Notes under the pieces: model-generated
The model's database searches: none
What the model saw: the letters and a program-made list of their open reading frames with translations, nothing else
What the model was told of the DNA's origin: nothing
In this document: positions 10,761 through 20,336 of the stretch, in pieces
How positions within the stretch are numbered: the first letter of the stretch is position 1
Layout of the letters: each line of letters starts with the position of its first letter
DNA from: an uncultured Phycisphaerales bacterium
GTDB lineage: Bacteria; Planctomycetota; Phycisphaerae; Sedimentisphaerales; Anaerobacaceae
Reading direction: 5' to 3'
NCBI GenBank assembly: GCA_963718665.1
Contig: OY970359.1
Coordinates: 768,001 to 832,000, forward strand
Length of the DNA stretch: 64,000 bases
Made by a program: the position numbers and the translations under genes

Positions 10761-11240
10761 TTAAACGCCCATACCAGAGACCTTGGTCTCAAAAACCATC
10801 TTGTCGCCTACTAAGCCCTGGATATAGGCGTCGTATTTTCGGCCCGGCTTGAATTTTGTTATTTTACCTAAGAGCAACAGTCGCTGGCCCGGCTGGACAG
10901 TCGCACGGAACTTAGCCGAGTCAATACTGGCAAAACCGATGAAGCAGTTCTCGCCCAGAACATGCCTGACGAAGTAACTAAGCAACTGGGCAGCCGACTC
11001 AATCATAATCACGCCCGGCATAAGGGGTCTTCCCGGTATGTGTCCGCGAATCCAGAACTCCTTGTCGGTTACGTCCTTGTAACCGAGCACAAGCATATTG
11101 GGCTTGTCATACCAGAGCACGCCATCGAGCTGCTGCATTTCGTAATTCTGGGGATTGACCTTTAGGATGTCATCCCTGTTAAAAATCGGCTTGCCGGCGA
11201 GGTTTATCTTCGATAAATCGAATAATAGCGGCGGAGGCAT
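10761..11240 (-). CDS. fabZ: 3-hydroxyacyl-ACP dehydratase (FabZ/FabA hotdog family)
   Basis: 'GHIPGRPLMPGVIMIESAAQ' motif. Confidence 0.85.
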   Translation of the reverse strand: MPPPLLFDLSKINLAGKPIFNRDDILKVNPQNYEMQQLDGVLWYDKPNMLVLGYKDVTDKEFWIRGHIPGRPLMPGVIMIESAAQLLSYFVRHVLGENCFIGFASIDSAKFRATVQPGQRLLLLGKITKFKPGRKYDAYIQGLVGDKMVFETKVSGMGV

Positions 11241-11363
11241 TATTTATCCCTGAAAATGGGGACTTGGCGCAATTGCTGTCTCTCACTCGAACCGCCCCAC
11301 GGCCATCCGCGTCAGCGAGCCGATATAAGCCAAATCCAGCGTCCAAAATGTGCCTGTTATTAC

Positions 11364-11537
11364 CTACTGTGTTGTTCTGATTTCGAGAACTTTGTTGCGA
11401 ACAAGCTGGGCCGCCTGCTTGATACTCTGCATCTGCTTGCGAACCCGCGTCCCTGCGGCCTTGTTTCCGCCCTCGGCCTTGCTGACGTCTGCTTCAATTT
11501 CTGCTACCATTACTTTCAAATTTTCGTACTCTTGCAT
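11364..11537 (-). CDS. Small basic histone H1-like (Hc1-type) protein, 57 aa, not in the ORF track
   Basis: MQEYENLKVMVAEIEADVSKAEGGNKAAGTRVRKQMQSIKQAAQLVRNKVLEIRTTQ; GNKAAGTRxRK motif; GGAGG RBS upstream. Confidence 0.85.
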   Translation of the reverse strand: MQEYENLKVMVAEIEADVSKAEGGNKAAGTRVRKQMQSIKQAAQLVRNKVLEIRTTQ

Positions 11538-11673
11538 CGATGTGCCTCCAGTTAAGTAAGAGGGTTAACGTTCCTTGTTTTCCAAGCTGATGACTGAAAC
11601 TTATACTATACAAAACCGCCTTGTCAAAGAAAAATCGGCGTTTTTTTCAAAAAAACCGCTATCCCCAAAACTT

Positions 11674-12150
11674 CTAATGACCTAATTTTTTGGTCAACTC
11701 CGCGATTCTTTTGCCCCAGCGGGCGCAAAGTTTCTCGACCCTCTGGTCCGGCTTGCCTATCGAAACCGGCCCGTAGTGGTCGCCCTGCGGGTCGCCCTGC
11801 ACCACCATACCGCTGATAATCATCGCGTGCAGAATATCTAAAACCGTCGTCTCATTGCCGCCGGCGATATTGGCGGAACTGGTAAAGGCCGCCCCGACCT
11901 TGCCGTCTAACTGACCGTGTTTTACCACCGCGTCGTCAATCATTTGCTTCATCTGTGCCGCCATACCTCCGTAATAAGTGGGCGAACCCATTACTATCGC
12001 GTCGTATTTGAGCAGGTCATCAACTTTTACTTTGGCGAGTTCTTTGCAGTCGGTCTCCAGCCCGCCTTCGTTCATCGCCTTTGTTATCATCTCCGCCATC
12101 TGCTTTGTATTGCCGCTCCTCGAATAATAAATCACTATTCCCTTAGACAT
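11674..12150 (-). CDS. Flavodoxin / WrbA-like NAD(P)H-dependent oxidoreductase
   Basis: 'YYSRSGNTKQMA', 'GSPTYYG' FMN-binding motifs. Confidence 0.88.
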   Translation of the reverse strand: MSKGIVIYYSRSGNTKQMAEMITKAMNEGGLETDCKELAKVKVDDLLKYDAIVMGSPTYYGGMAAQMKQMIDDAVVKHGQLDGKVGAAFTSSANIAGGNETTVLDILHAMIISGMVVQGDPQGDHYGPVSIGKPDQRVEKLCARWGKRIAELTKKLGH

Positions 12151-12183
12151 TTTTTACTCCTTTTCTGTTTATCTGTGGAAACC

Positions 12184-12966
12184 TTATTTTTTCAACGGTA
12201 TTATTTCCGGCTTGCCAAAGCCATCTGGAATTGTAAACTCAAACACCTTTTCGTCAATCGTCTCATTGACCTTCGGCTTTGCGAAACTAATCTCGTAAAT
12301 ATCATCCTCGGTTGAAACCGCTGAGATTTTCGCAGGCAGCATCAATCCCTTGTCAATCCAGACCTCAACCAATTTGTAATCGTCCTTGTATTGCGAATCA
12401 GGTTTGACCTTCAAATGCAGATGCGTTAATCCGTTTGGTTCGCCGACGAGATTAATATCGAACTGCTGCTGTAAATCTTCCGTCTTATCAAAACCAATCA
12501 GCGGGAAATTTCTCTTGGCCAATTCAAACGCGTCAATCTGCTCATTGGCCTCGGCCAACTGCCTCTTCTGCACCTGCTTAATCTGGTAATCAATATGCGT
12601 AAGCCACCGGCCATCGAAAATATATTGCTCGCCATATTTCTGCTGAGGATTTTCATCCTGTGTGAGGGTATCGAAGTTGATTCTCAGTTTTGAACCATTG
12701 CCGAGCCGGGCGTAATACAGGTTGCCCGTCCGCAGCGTTTTCGATTCGAGCACCGGCTGGCTGAAAAGGTAATTGACTTCGCATTGATACGATTGCAGCC
12801 GGCTTGTCTTTTGCTTAAGGCCATCCAGAATGCTCGATACATAATTCGCGTCGCCCGTCGATTGTTCGGCACAGGATGCTTGACCGCATCCGCCGACTGT
12901 CACCGCCAAGATAACCAGTATTCTCAACATAAAAACCCTTTGCCGCCGCATAAACAGTATTACCAT
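12184..12966 (-). CDS. LolA-like outer-membrane lipoprotein carrier
   Basis: Lipobox-like 'VGGC', 'IFDGRWL', terminal 'VFEFTIPDG'. Confidence 0.7.
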   Translation of the reverse strand: MVILFMRRQRVFMLRILVILAVTVGGCGQASCAEQSTGDANYVSSILDGLKQKTSRLQSYQCEVNYLFSQPVLESKTLRTGNLYYARLGNGSKLRINFDTLTQDENPQQKYGEQYIFDGRWLTHIDYQIKQVQKRQLAEANEQIDAFELAKRNFPLIGFDKTEDLQQQFDINLVGEPNGLTHLHLKVKPDSQYKDDYKLVEVWIDKGLMLPAKISAVSTEDDIYEISFAKPKVNETIDEKVFEFTIPDGFGKPEIIPLKK

Positions 12967-13026
12967 ACGCCAACGAACTTTTGTTAATTAAAAATTGGGA
13001 ACTGCCATTCGTAACTGTCCCTAATT

Positions 13027-13290
13027 TTACTCATTCCTGTTTTCGAGTTGAGCTATGAAATCTTCAAATTGTTTTTTCTGCCATGTGGCATATTTATGGT
13101 CTTTTTTTCGTATGTCTTCATCGTCCCTCCAATGATAAAGCAAACAATAAATACGATTCAATAATACATCGGATGGACATTTGGGCCATTTATCAATTAC
13201 TTCTTGAGCTGTCAATTGCCCGTTAATCATTTGCCATAGCAATAAAATGGCCGTTGCCCGTTGATTTGTATCTTTTTCTATGTTATCCAT
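13027..13290 (-). CDS. Hypothetical protein (87 aa, AT-rich)
   Basis: ORF filling the gap between co-oriented genes. Confidence 0.55.
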   Translation of the reverse strand: MDNIEKDTNQRATAILLLWQMINGQLTAQEVIDKWPKCPSDVLLNRIYCLLYHWRDDEDIRKKDHKYATWQKKQFEDFIAQLENRNE

Positions 13291-13319
13291 TTTTTCTCAG
13301 CGTTCTCTGCGGTATTTTA

Positions 13320-13904
13320 TTACCTGCCGTCGATAATCTTGAGCAAACCAGCGATATTTTCAATAACAAAATCGGCATACTGCGCAAATTCGTCGGCCTT
13401 GTGATGATTCTTTAATAATACCGGAATCGCCCCTGCGGCCCTGGCACAAAGCAAATCGAAAAGATAATCGCCTACTACCAATGCCTCCTGCGGCTTTATC
13501 CCAAACCGCTCGCAAAGATACAGGACGCCAAAGGCATCGGGCTTTACCGGCCCATCCTCTCTGCCCACAACCGCGTCGAATTTCAAGCCGTGTTTTGCAG
13601 CAACCGCAAAGGCATTTTCCTTCTTGTTTCGGGTCAATATGCCTATGAGAATTTTCCTCCTGCGCAGTTCTTCGAGCGTCTCTTTTGCGCCGGGATTCAA
13701 CGTCGATTCGGCGACCGCTTTTTCCTCGTGATAATGTAAAATCTTTTCTACTTCCGCTCTCTTTTGCGGCGTCATTTTTTCCATCAATTCGAGAATCGGC
13801 CCAGCGTCGGTCGGCACGCCCATTTCCCGACGAATCGCGTCAAAATCAAAAAACGGCTGCGTTATCGTTCCGTCGAGGTCAAATATCACCGCTTTAATTC
13901 GCAT
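13320..13904 (-). CDS. HAD-family hydrolase
   Basis: 'FDLDGT', 'KPD', 'VGDYLFD' motifs. Confidence 0.9.
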   Translation of the reverse strand: MRIKAVIFDLDGTITQPFFDFDAIRREMGVPTDAGPILELMEKMTPQKRAEVEKILHYHEEKAVAESTLNPGAKETLEELRRRKILIGILTRNKKENAFAVAAKHGLKFDAVVGREDGPVKPDAFGVLYLCERFGIKPQEALVVGDYLFDLLCARAAGAIPVLLKNHHKADEFAQYADFVIENIAGLLKIIDGR

Positions 13905-13997
13905 ATCGAACAATCCTCACCGCTGAGATCGCAAAGCACGCAGTGTTTATTTTTGAGTTTTTCTCCGCGGTCTCCGCGTGCTCTGCGGTAAATCCTC

Positions 13998-14879
13998 TTA
14001 TGATTTTCCGCGAAGAAGCTCTATCAGGTATCGCGTTTCCTGGCTTATGACGCGGTCTTTGCGAACAAGGATGCCCGTCGGGCGAACAAACCTCTCATTT
14101 GAAAACTCAATCGCCTTTATGGTGCCCGCCGCAAGCTCCTGCGATAACGCGGTGCGGGGCAAGATACTGACGCCCGAATTGATTTCAACCGCCCTTTTGA
14201 CCGTCTCGATGTTGTCGAACTCCATCGCGGGCCTTATGACCACGTTATACCGCTGAAAAATTCCGTCTATCCAATCCCGCGTAGGCACTCCCTCCTCAAA
14301 ACCGATAAACCGCTCCATCTGCAGCTTATGAATATCAATCTGCGACTGCTTTGCCAGTGGATGCTTCGAGCTGCATGCCAGAACCAGCGGCTCATCCTCA
14401 AACTCATACACATCAAGCCGCTTATCCCTTCTCGGCACCGCGACAAGACCGATATCAAGCTCGCCCGCCAGCACCAGCTCGTAAATTTTTTCCGAGATAA
14501 AGTACGCCACGTGAACGTTGACGCTGGGCCTTTTGACCATAAATCTTTTGATATACTCCGGCAGCGAATGCATACCGATACTGTAAATCGCTCCCACGTT
14601 TATCCTGCTCTGGGCAGCCGACTTGAGCGAGTTCATCTCGCTGTTGAGCTGGTCGTACCTGTCCACGATATCCCTTGCCGCCCGATATAAAAGCTCTCCG
14701 GCGGCCGTCAATTCCAAAGGTCTTTTCTGCCGGTTAAGTAATTGGCACTTGTGCTCTATTTCCAGTTGAGCCACCTGCTGCGAAACCGCCGACTGACTGA
14801 CTAAATGCTTATCCGCCGTCTTGGAAAAACTCCGCAGCGTCGCCAAATCGCAAAACATCCTCAATGTTTCTATGTGCAT
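13998..14879 (-). CDS. LysR-family transcriptional regulator
   Basis: 'SFSKTA..SQSAVSQQVAQLE' HTH plus substrate-binding domain. Confidence 0.93.
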   Translation of the reverse strand: MHIETLRMFCDLATLRSFSKTADKHLVSQSAVSQQVAQLEIEHKCQLLNRQKRPLELTAAGELLYRAARDIVDRYDQLNSEMNSLKSAAQSRINVGAIYSIGMHSLPEYIKRFMVKRPSVNVHVAYFISEKIYELVLAGELDIGLVAVPRRDKRLDVYEFEDEPLVLACSSKHPLAKQSQIDIHKLQMERFIGFEEGVPTRDWIDGIFQRYNVVIRPAMEFDNIETVKRAVEINSGVSILPRTALSQELAAGTIKAIEFSNERFVRPTGILVRKDRVISQETRYLIELLRGKS

Positions 14880-15246
14880 TATAAGTCCCCTTGATGAACC
14901 ATATTAAACAAACCTGTATTTATCCTGCTGGTAGTTAGTATTCTTATGCTATTATAAGTTTAATCATGGGCAATTGCATAAGTTTTACTTATTTTAACAA
15001 TTGCCTGATAAAATGCAATCCTGACTTTCGCCCTGATATAACTTGTCAAAATCTGGAAAGGACGGACTTATACGAAAAAGGGGCCTGACCCCTTTATGGG
15101 GTGCCCTTTTTGTTGCCTTCAAACGAAAATGCAATTACAATCTGCTATTGGTAGGGTGGGGTTTACCCCATCATTACTGAAAAAATATACTCATAAACTT
15201 GTGAAACCCGTCAAGTAGTGTGCAGACCACACCCTGCTGGTTCTCG

Positions 15247-15423
15247 CTATTTAGGCACGCTGAAAATGGCTAACCGCCTGTTCCCGAAGTTGAAAGTTTG
15301 AAGAAGGGCGGCGACAAAGACACGTTTTCTCCCCTTCACAATTGCAAGCCGCCAACCTGCCCCCTTTGTCATCCTCTCGCCTTTTCCGGCTTTCTGCCCC
15401 TTAATGCTGATTTCAGTAGCCAT
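15247..15423 (-). CDS. Small basic hypothetical protein (58 aa)
   Basis: AAGGAG RBS before ATG at 15423; MATEISIKGQKAGKG... Confidence 0.55.
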   Translation of the reverse strand: MATEISIKGQKAGKGERMTKGAGWRLAIVKGRKRVFVAALLQTFNFGNRRLAIFSVPK

Positions 15424-15682
15424 ATTGATCTCCTTACAAATTTGATGTGACTGGATTCTCTTGTCTTTCACGATTCATCCGGCCAATGCGCTGTTTGTGT
15501 TTCGCCCTCCGTGTTTCGCGTCTCAAATAATTCTACTGGCCGTGTATCTTGACACAAGGTCCCCAACAGTTTCGACAATTCCCAAGCTTATGCCCAACCC
15601 GTCTGCTTGTCAATCCGGTGGCCGAATATCAGGGCGTCTTTTTTATTGTCTGACGGTCTCGTGACAGATACAATCCTACTCG

Positions 15683-16501
15683 ATGGAAAGAGAAATTGAT
15701 ACAAGCAAAGTCGTCCGCCAGCACGCTGAAATGGCGGAATTCTTCTCCGGCGGATTAACCGTTAAAAAATTAACCGCGGAGCACGCAGAGAACGCAGAGA
15801 AAGAAATTAAATTAAACTCTGCCCCCGCTGCTGTCTTGCGACAGCAAGACGCGGGGGCGGTCTCGGTGGTGAAAAAAACTCGCCCGCCCGCCTCGCCTGA
15901 GGTCATCAAGGAACTTGAGGATATAGCCGAACAGACGCGCAAATGCCGCAAATGCGAACTCGGCTCACTGCGCAAAAACGCTGTGCCGGGAGAAGGCAAT
16001 ATTTCCGCCCGCATAATGTTCGTCGGCGAAGCCCCCGGAGCAGATGAAGACACACAAGGCAGACCATTCGTAGGAAGAGCGGGACAATTGTTGGACAAAA
16101 TCATCGCCGCCTGCGGCCTCAAACGCGAAGACGTCTGGATTGGCAACATCCTCAAGTGCAGGCCGCCGGATAACCGCGACCCAAAACCTGAAGAGATAAT
16201 CGCCTGCATCCCCTATCTGCAAAGGCAAATCGAGCTAATCAACCCGGAAATCATAGTCGCCCTCGGCGCACACGCCGCCAAGACATTACTCGATACCCCT
16301 AAAGCAATAGGCCAGTTACGAGGCGTTTTCCACGAATATATCCCCGGCATAGGCCACAAACCCATAAAACTTATGCCCACTTTCCACCCGGCCTACCTGC
16401 TTCGCAACTACTCCGACGATAACCGCAGAAAGGTCTGGGATGATATGAAAAAGGTCCTGGCGGAACTGGGCCTGCCTGTACCTCAGAAAACAGGTAAATA
16501 A
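15683..16501 (+). CDS. Uracil-DNA glycosylase family 4 (Fe-S)
   Basis: CRKC, 'FVGEAPG', 'PFVGRAGQLL', 'KCRPP.NR', 'FHPAYLLR'. Confidence 0.95.
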   Translation: MEREIDTSKVVRQHAEMAEFFSGGLTVKKLTAEHAENAEKEIKLNSAPAAVLRQQDAGAVSVVKKTRPPASPEVIKELEDIAEQTRKCRKCELGSLRKNAVPGEGNISARIMFVGEAPGADEDTQGRPFVGRAGQLLDKIIAACGLKREDVWIGNILKCRPPDNRDPKPEEIIACIPYLQRQIELINPEIIVALGAHAAKTLLDTPKAIGQLRGVFHEYIPGIGHKPIKLMPTFHPAYLLRNYSDDNRRKVWDDMKKVLAELGLPVPQKTGK

Positions 16502-16665
16502 TCACCACCTGAATCGCTTTGCTCTCTGGCTATCCCAAGCAGCGCAACTCGCCTCTAATTTGCTTGCAATTTTGCCCTTTTGGCTGTAAAGTATGCGAAG
16601 TTTATCTGAGTGAATTTTTCCTTCAGGATTCTGCTTGTTGTAATATCCTGATATTAAAAAAGTTA

Positions 16666-16738
<73 letters not shown>

Positions 16739-16858
16739 CTCAAAAACGTGGTTTTTAGCGTCGGGAGATTTCCAACTTGTCCGCTGTTTGTCTTTTTTGG
16801 GAAGGTCGACAGGGGATTTCGGACAAAATGAGGGATAATCCGTAGAGGGCACACAAGG

Positions 16859-17908
16859 ATGATAAATGCGAAAACAGTTTTTGTTCTGGGTGCTGGGGCC
16901 AGTTGCCCTTATGGTTATCCTTCTGGTGTACGTCTCCACAAGCGGGTATGTCTCTCTAAGGGATTTTTGCAGGATTATAATGCGGAGAGGTTGCCAGATT
17001 TCTCAAAATTTGCGAGAGATTCTAAATTACAACAGATAGAAGAATTTAAGGATGCCTTCAACAAATCGAGTATCAAATCAATAGACAAGTTTATGGCATA
17101 TAATCCCAAACTTGCACCGATTGGAAAATACATCATTGCTTTTGAGATTTTAAGGGCCGAGCAGCAGAGTCTCTTTGGGGAAGAGGCCAAATTAGAACAG
17201 GAAATAATTGAGTTTGACCATAGGGGATTCGCTTTCCAACCAGAAGACTATTTGTCACGACGATTTTTTCAAGGTGATGATTGGTGTTCATACCTTTATA
17301 ATCGACTTATTGAAGGGGCAGTTGGCCCCAGTGCACTTCCTAACTTTTCTGATGGCAAACTTGTATTTATTACATTTAACTACGACAGGTCGCTGGAACA
17401 ATTTTTTTACGAAGCCCTCCGTAATTCATTTACAGGGTCGCAGGAAGACGACATTGTTAAATCATTGGAGCAGTTGAAAATTCTGCATGTTTACGGTCAG
17501 ATTGCACCCCTCAAATGGCAGAACCCAAAGGATTATATTGATTACAAGACACAAATGAGCGAAGTGTTACTACAACGTGCGGCAAATAATATCAGAACAA
17601 TACACGAGGAGAAGCAGAATCCGGAACTGACAGAAGCACAAAACTTACTAAAACAAGCCGAACAGATATTTTTTCTTGGTTTTGGATATGCACAGGAAAA
17701 TATGGAAGTCCTGAAGCTGTCAGGGATAATCTCGGAAGCGTCTCGGTGTTACGGGACGGCGTTTGGTTTAGAGACAAGGGAAATTCAGGACATACGTGCT
17801 AAGATTATTCAAGGAGTGCAACGCGGTTCGGCTATGTATTGGAACCGAGATTTAATAAAAATTGAGAAAGAAATGGATTGCCTGAAATTATTGAGAAATT
17901 ACTTGTAG
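16859..17908 (+). CDS. SIR2-like (SIR2_2) domain protein
   Basis: 'VFVLGAGAS', 'FITFNYD', 'LHVYG', 'FFLGFGY' motifs; AT-richer than neighbours. Confidence 0.75.
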   Translation: MINAKTVFVLGAGASCPYGYPSGVRLHKRVCLSKGFLQDYNAERLPDFSKFARDSKLQQIEEFKDAFNKSSIKSIDKFMAYNPKLAPIGKYIIAFEILRAEQQSLFGEEAKLEQEIIEFDHRGFAFQPEDYLSRRFFQGDDWCSYLYNRLIEGAVGPSALPNFSDGKLVFITFNYDRSLEQFFYEALRNSFTGSQEDDIVKSLEQLKILHVYGQIAPLKWQNPKDYIDYKTQMSEVLLQRAANNIRTIHEEKQNPELTEAQNLLKQAEQIFFLGFGYAQENMEVLKLSGIISEASRCYGTAFGLETREIQDIRAKIIQGVQRGSAMYWNRDLIKIEKEMDCLKLLRNYL

Positions 17909-18134
17909 GGCTGGCAAACCAGGCATTCAATTCCCCTGCTCTGAGCTTGCTCTTTTGAACCCTTGACGCGATAGGTCGCAGCCGAAAAATGCCCTCGCTC
18001 TTAGTGACAACGGCGGCGGGACAGTGGCCTTGCGAGTAAAAGTCACTCAACAGTGACCGCCGACTGACCCTTTTTTGCAGACACTCTGGAAGAATTTACA
18101 AATCGGCGTATCTGCGTTTTTAATCCGAACGAAT

Positions 18135-18398
18135 CTACCCACCTGATTTTTGAAATTTATCCTTGTTATCAACCCAAATATGGACACTTTCTTCTACCCA
18201 AGAAAGAAGTACATCTTCCACTGCTTGACACCCCACCGACATACTCAAATCATAGGCCGCATCAGTAATGCCGCAAACAAAAGGGCTAAATGGTTTGCCG
18301 TTTTTGAAATCTTGGAGATACGTACTCCCGCGTTTTCTAATCATCATAATTTCGTATTTCTCACCCTTGTACTCAATAGTTTTTAACAATTTAGTCAT
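18135..18398 (-). CDS. Hypothetical protein
   Basis: AAGGAG RBS before ATG at 18398 (MTKLLKTIEYKG...). Confidence 0.55.
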   Translation of the reverse strand: MTKLLKTIEYKGEKYEIMMIRKRGSTYLQDFKNGKPFSPFVCGITDAAYDLSMSVGCQAVEDVLLSWVEESVHIWVDNKDKFQKSGG

Positions 18399-18744
18399 TT
18401 TGATTACTCCTTTATCTCGCCATATCAAGAACTCCAAGAAGTGCCTGCCTTTTGCCCCCAGCCAAAGGTGATTTTCATTATACGCTTTCTGATAGTGGAA
18501 TCAAGGCAAAACGGGCATTGCCAGTTGATACCTCAAAGGATATGTTTTCCGGTTATGGAAAAGGCCGCAAAAACACACCAGCTTTACGATACCCTGCTTG
18601 ACATCGGCCAGTCGGAGCGTAACATTAGGGGTTGAACCGGCAGCAAAAGACACAAGGTTTTAATGCAATTTCGGGCTTTTCTGAAACGTCCTATCAGGAA
18701 AGGTCAACCGCACCCGCAAGTTTATAGGATTCTGAGAACAAGAT

Positions 18745-20319
18745 ATGAATGTATTACTTGTTTTTGCGGTTATCTTTGTCGGGGCTGTCGATTCCAAATC
18801 CCTGACCGGGCCGCAAGGCATCTCAGACAGTCCTTTTGAAAATTCAGCCCCTGCGACACCTCAAAACAAGATAGATGAGCTGGTCCTCGCCGGGTTAAAG
18901 CGGTCGGGCATTCAGCCGGCCAATATATGCTCCGACGCGGTATTTGTCCGCCGAGTTTATATTGACGTGATTGGCACACTGCCCACCCAAAAAGAGGCCG
19001 ATGAGTTCCTGCGGAACCAGAATCCAAACAAGCGCATATCGCTTATCAACCGCCTGTTGGAACGAGAGGAATTTGTCGATTACTGGACGCTGAAATGGTG
19101 CGACCTGCTGAGGGTCAAGTCCGAATTCCCCATAAACCTTTGGCCAAACGCAGTGCAGGCGTATTATCACTGGATTCACGATTCGCTGCGCACAAATATG
19201 CCTTATGACCAGTTCGCCCGCGAGTTACTGACTTCGAGCGGGAGCAACTTCCGCGTGCCGCAGGCAAATTTCTACCGCGCGATTCAGGGCCGCAATTCCT
19301 CCGATATCGCCAGGACAGTTGCCCTGACGTTTATGGGGACACGTTACGAAAGTTTGCCTCAATCCACCCGGACTAATATGGAAGCTTTTTTCTCACAGGT
19401 CGCCTATAAGAAAACCGCCGAGTGGAAGGAAGAAATCGTATATCTGAACCCGGCGCTGGCCGGCCCGCGTGAGGCCGTTTTCCCGGACGGCAGAAAAGTG
19501 CAAATTCAGCCAAAGGATGACCCAAGGCGTTTATTCGCCGACTGGCTTACCGAACCGAATAATCAATGGTTCGCACGCAATATAACCAACCGCGTATGGG
19601 CATGGCTGATGGGTCGCGGCATTATTAACGAGCCGGATGATATCCGGCCGGATAACCCACCGATAAATCCTGAACTGCTTGCCTTTTTGGAAAAGGAGCT
19701 TGTAAAATCCAAATACGACCTGAAACATATTTACCGGCTAATACTCAACTCCGGCACATATCAGCAATCTTCGATTCCCCGCAACAATAATCCGCGAGTC
19801 GAGGCGATGTTCGCCTGCTATCCTGTCCGCCGGCTGGACGCGGAAGTGCTAATCGACGCTTTAGACCAGATTGGCGGGACAGGAGAAAACTATTCGAGCG
19901 ACATACCGGAACCCTTCACCTTTATTCCCGAAGGGCAGCGAACCATTAAACTGGAGGACGGCAGCATAACAAGTCAGTTTCTCGAAATGTTCGGCAGACC
20001 CGCACGCGATACCGGACTGGAATCCGAACGCAACAACCAGCCCTCGGATTCTCAGCGGCTGTATCTGCTCAATTCAAACGATATAAAAAACAAGATAGAA
20101 CGCAGCCCGATATTGCGCCAGCAGGCAGAAGCAGCAAAAGGAAACCGCACTGAGCTTATAAAAAATATATACCTGACCATCCTGTCCCGTTATCCGACAA
20201 AGTCCGAATCAGAAACGGCTGAAAAATATTTTCAAAGCGAAGGAATGACGCGAAAAGCCGCTATTGATGACCTGGCGTGGGTGCTGATTAACACCAAGGA
20301 GTTTTTATATCGGCATTAA
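18745..20319 (+). CDS. DUF1549/DUF1553 (PSD1-type) planctomycete protein
   Basis: 'FVRRVYIDVIGTLPT', 'NRVWAWLMGRGI', 'RRLDAEVL', 'LINTKEFLYRH'. Confidence 0.88.
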   Translation: MNVLLVFAVIFVGAVDSKSLTGPQGISDSPFENSAPATPQNKIDELVLAGLKRSGIQPANICSDAVFVRRVYIDVIGTLPTQKEADEFLRNQNPNKRISLINRLLEREEFVDYWTLKWCDLLRVKSEFPINLWPNAVQAYYHWIHDSLRTNMPYDQFARELLTSSGSNFRVPQANFYRAIQGRNSSDIARTVALTFMGTRYESLPQSTRTNMEAFFSQVAYKKTAEWKEEIVYLNPALAGPREAVFPDGRKVQIQPKDDPRRLFADWLTEPNNQWFARNITNRVWAWLMGRGIINEPDDIRPDNPPINPELLAFLEKELVKSKYDLKHIYRLILNSGTYQQSSIPRNNNPRVEAMFACYPVRRLDAEVLIDALDQIGGTGENYSSDIPEPFTFIPEGQRTIKLEDGSITSQFLEMFGRPARDTGLESERNNQPSDSQRLYLLNSNDIKNKIERSPILRQQAEAAKGNRTELIKNIYLTILSRYPTKSESETAEKYFQSEGMTRKAAIDDLAWVLINTKEFLYRH

Positions 20320-20336
20320 AATCGCTGATAAAATAT

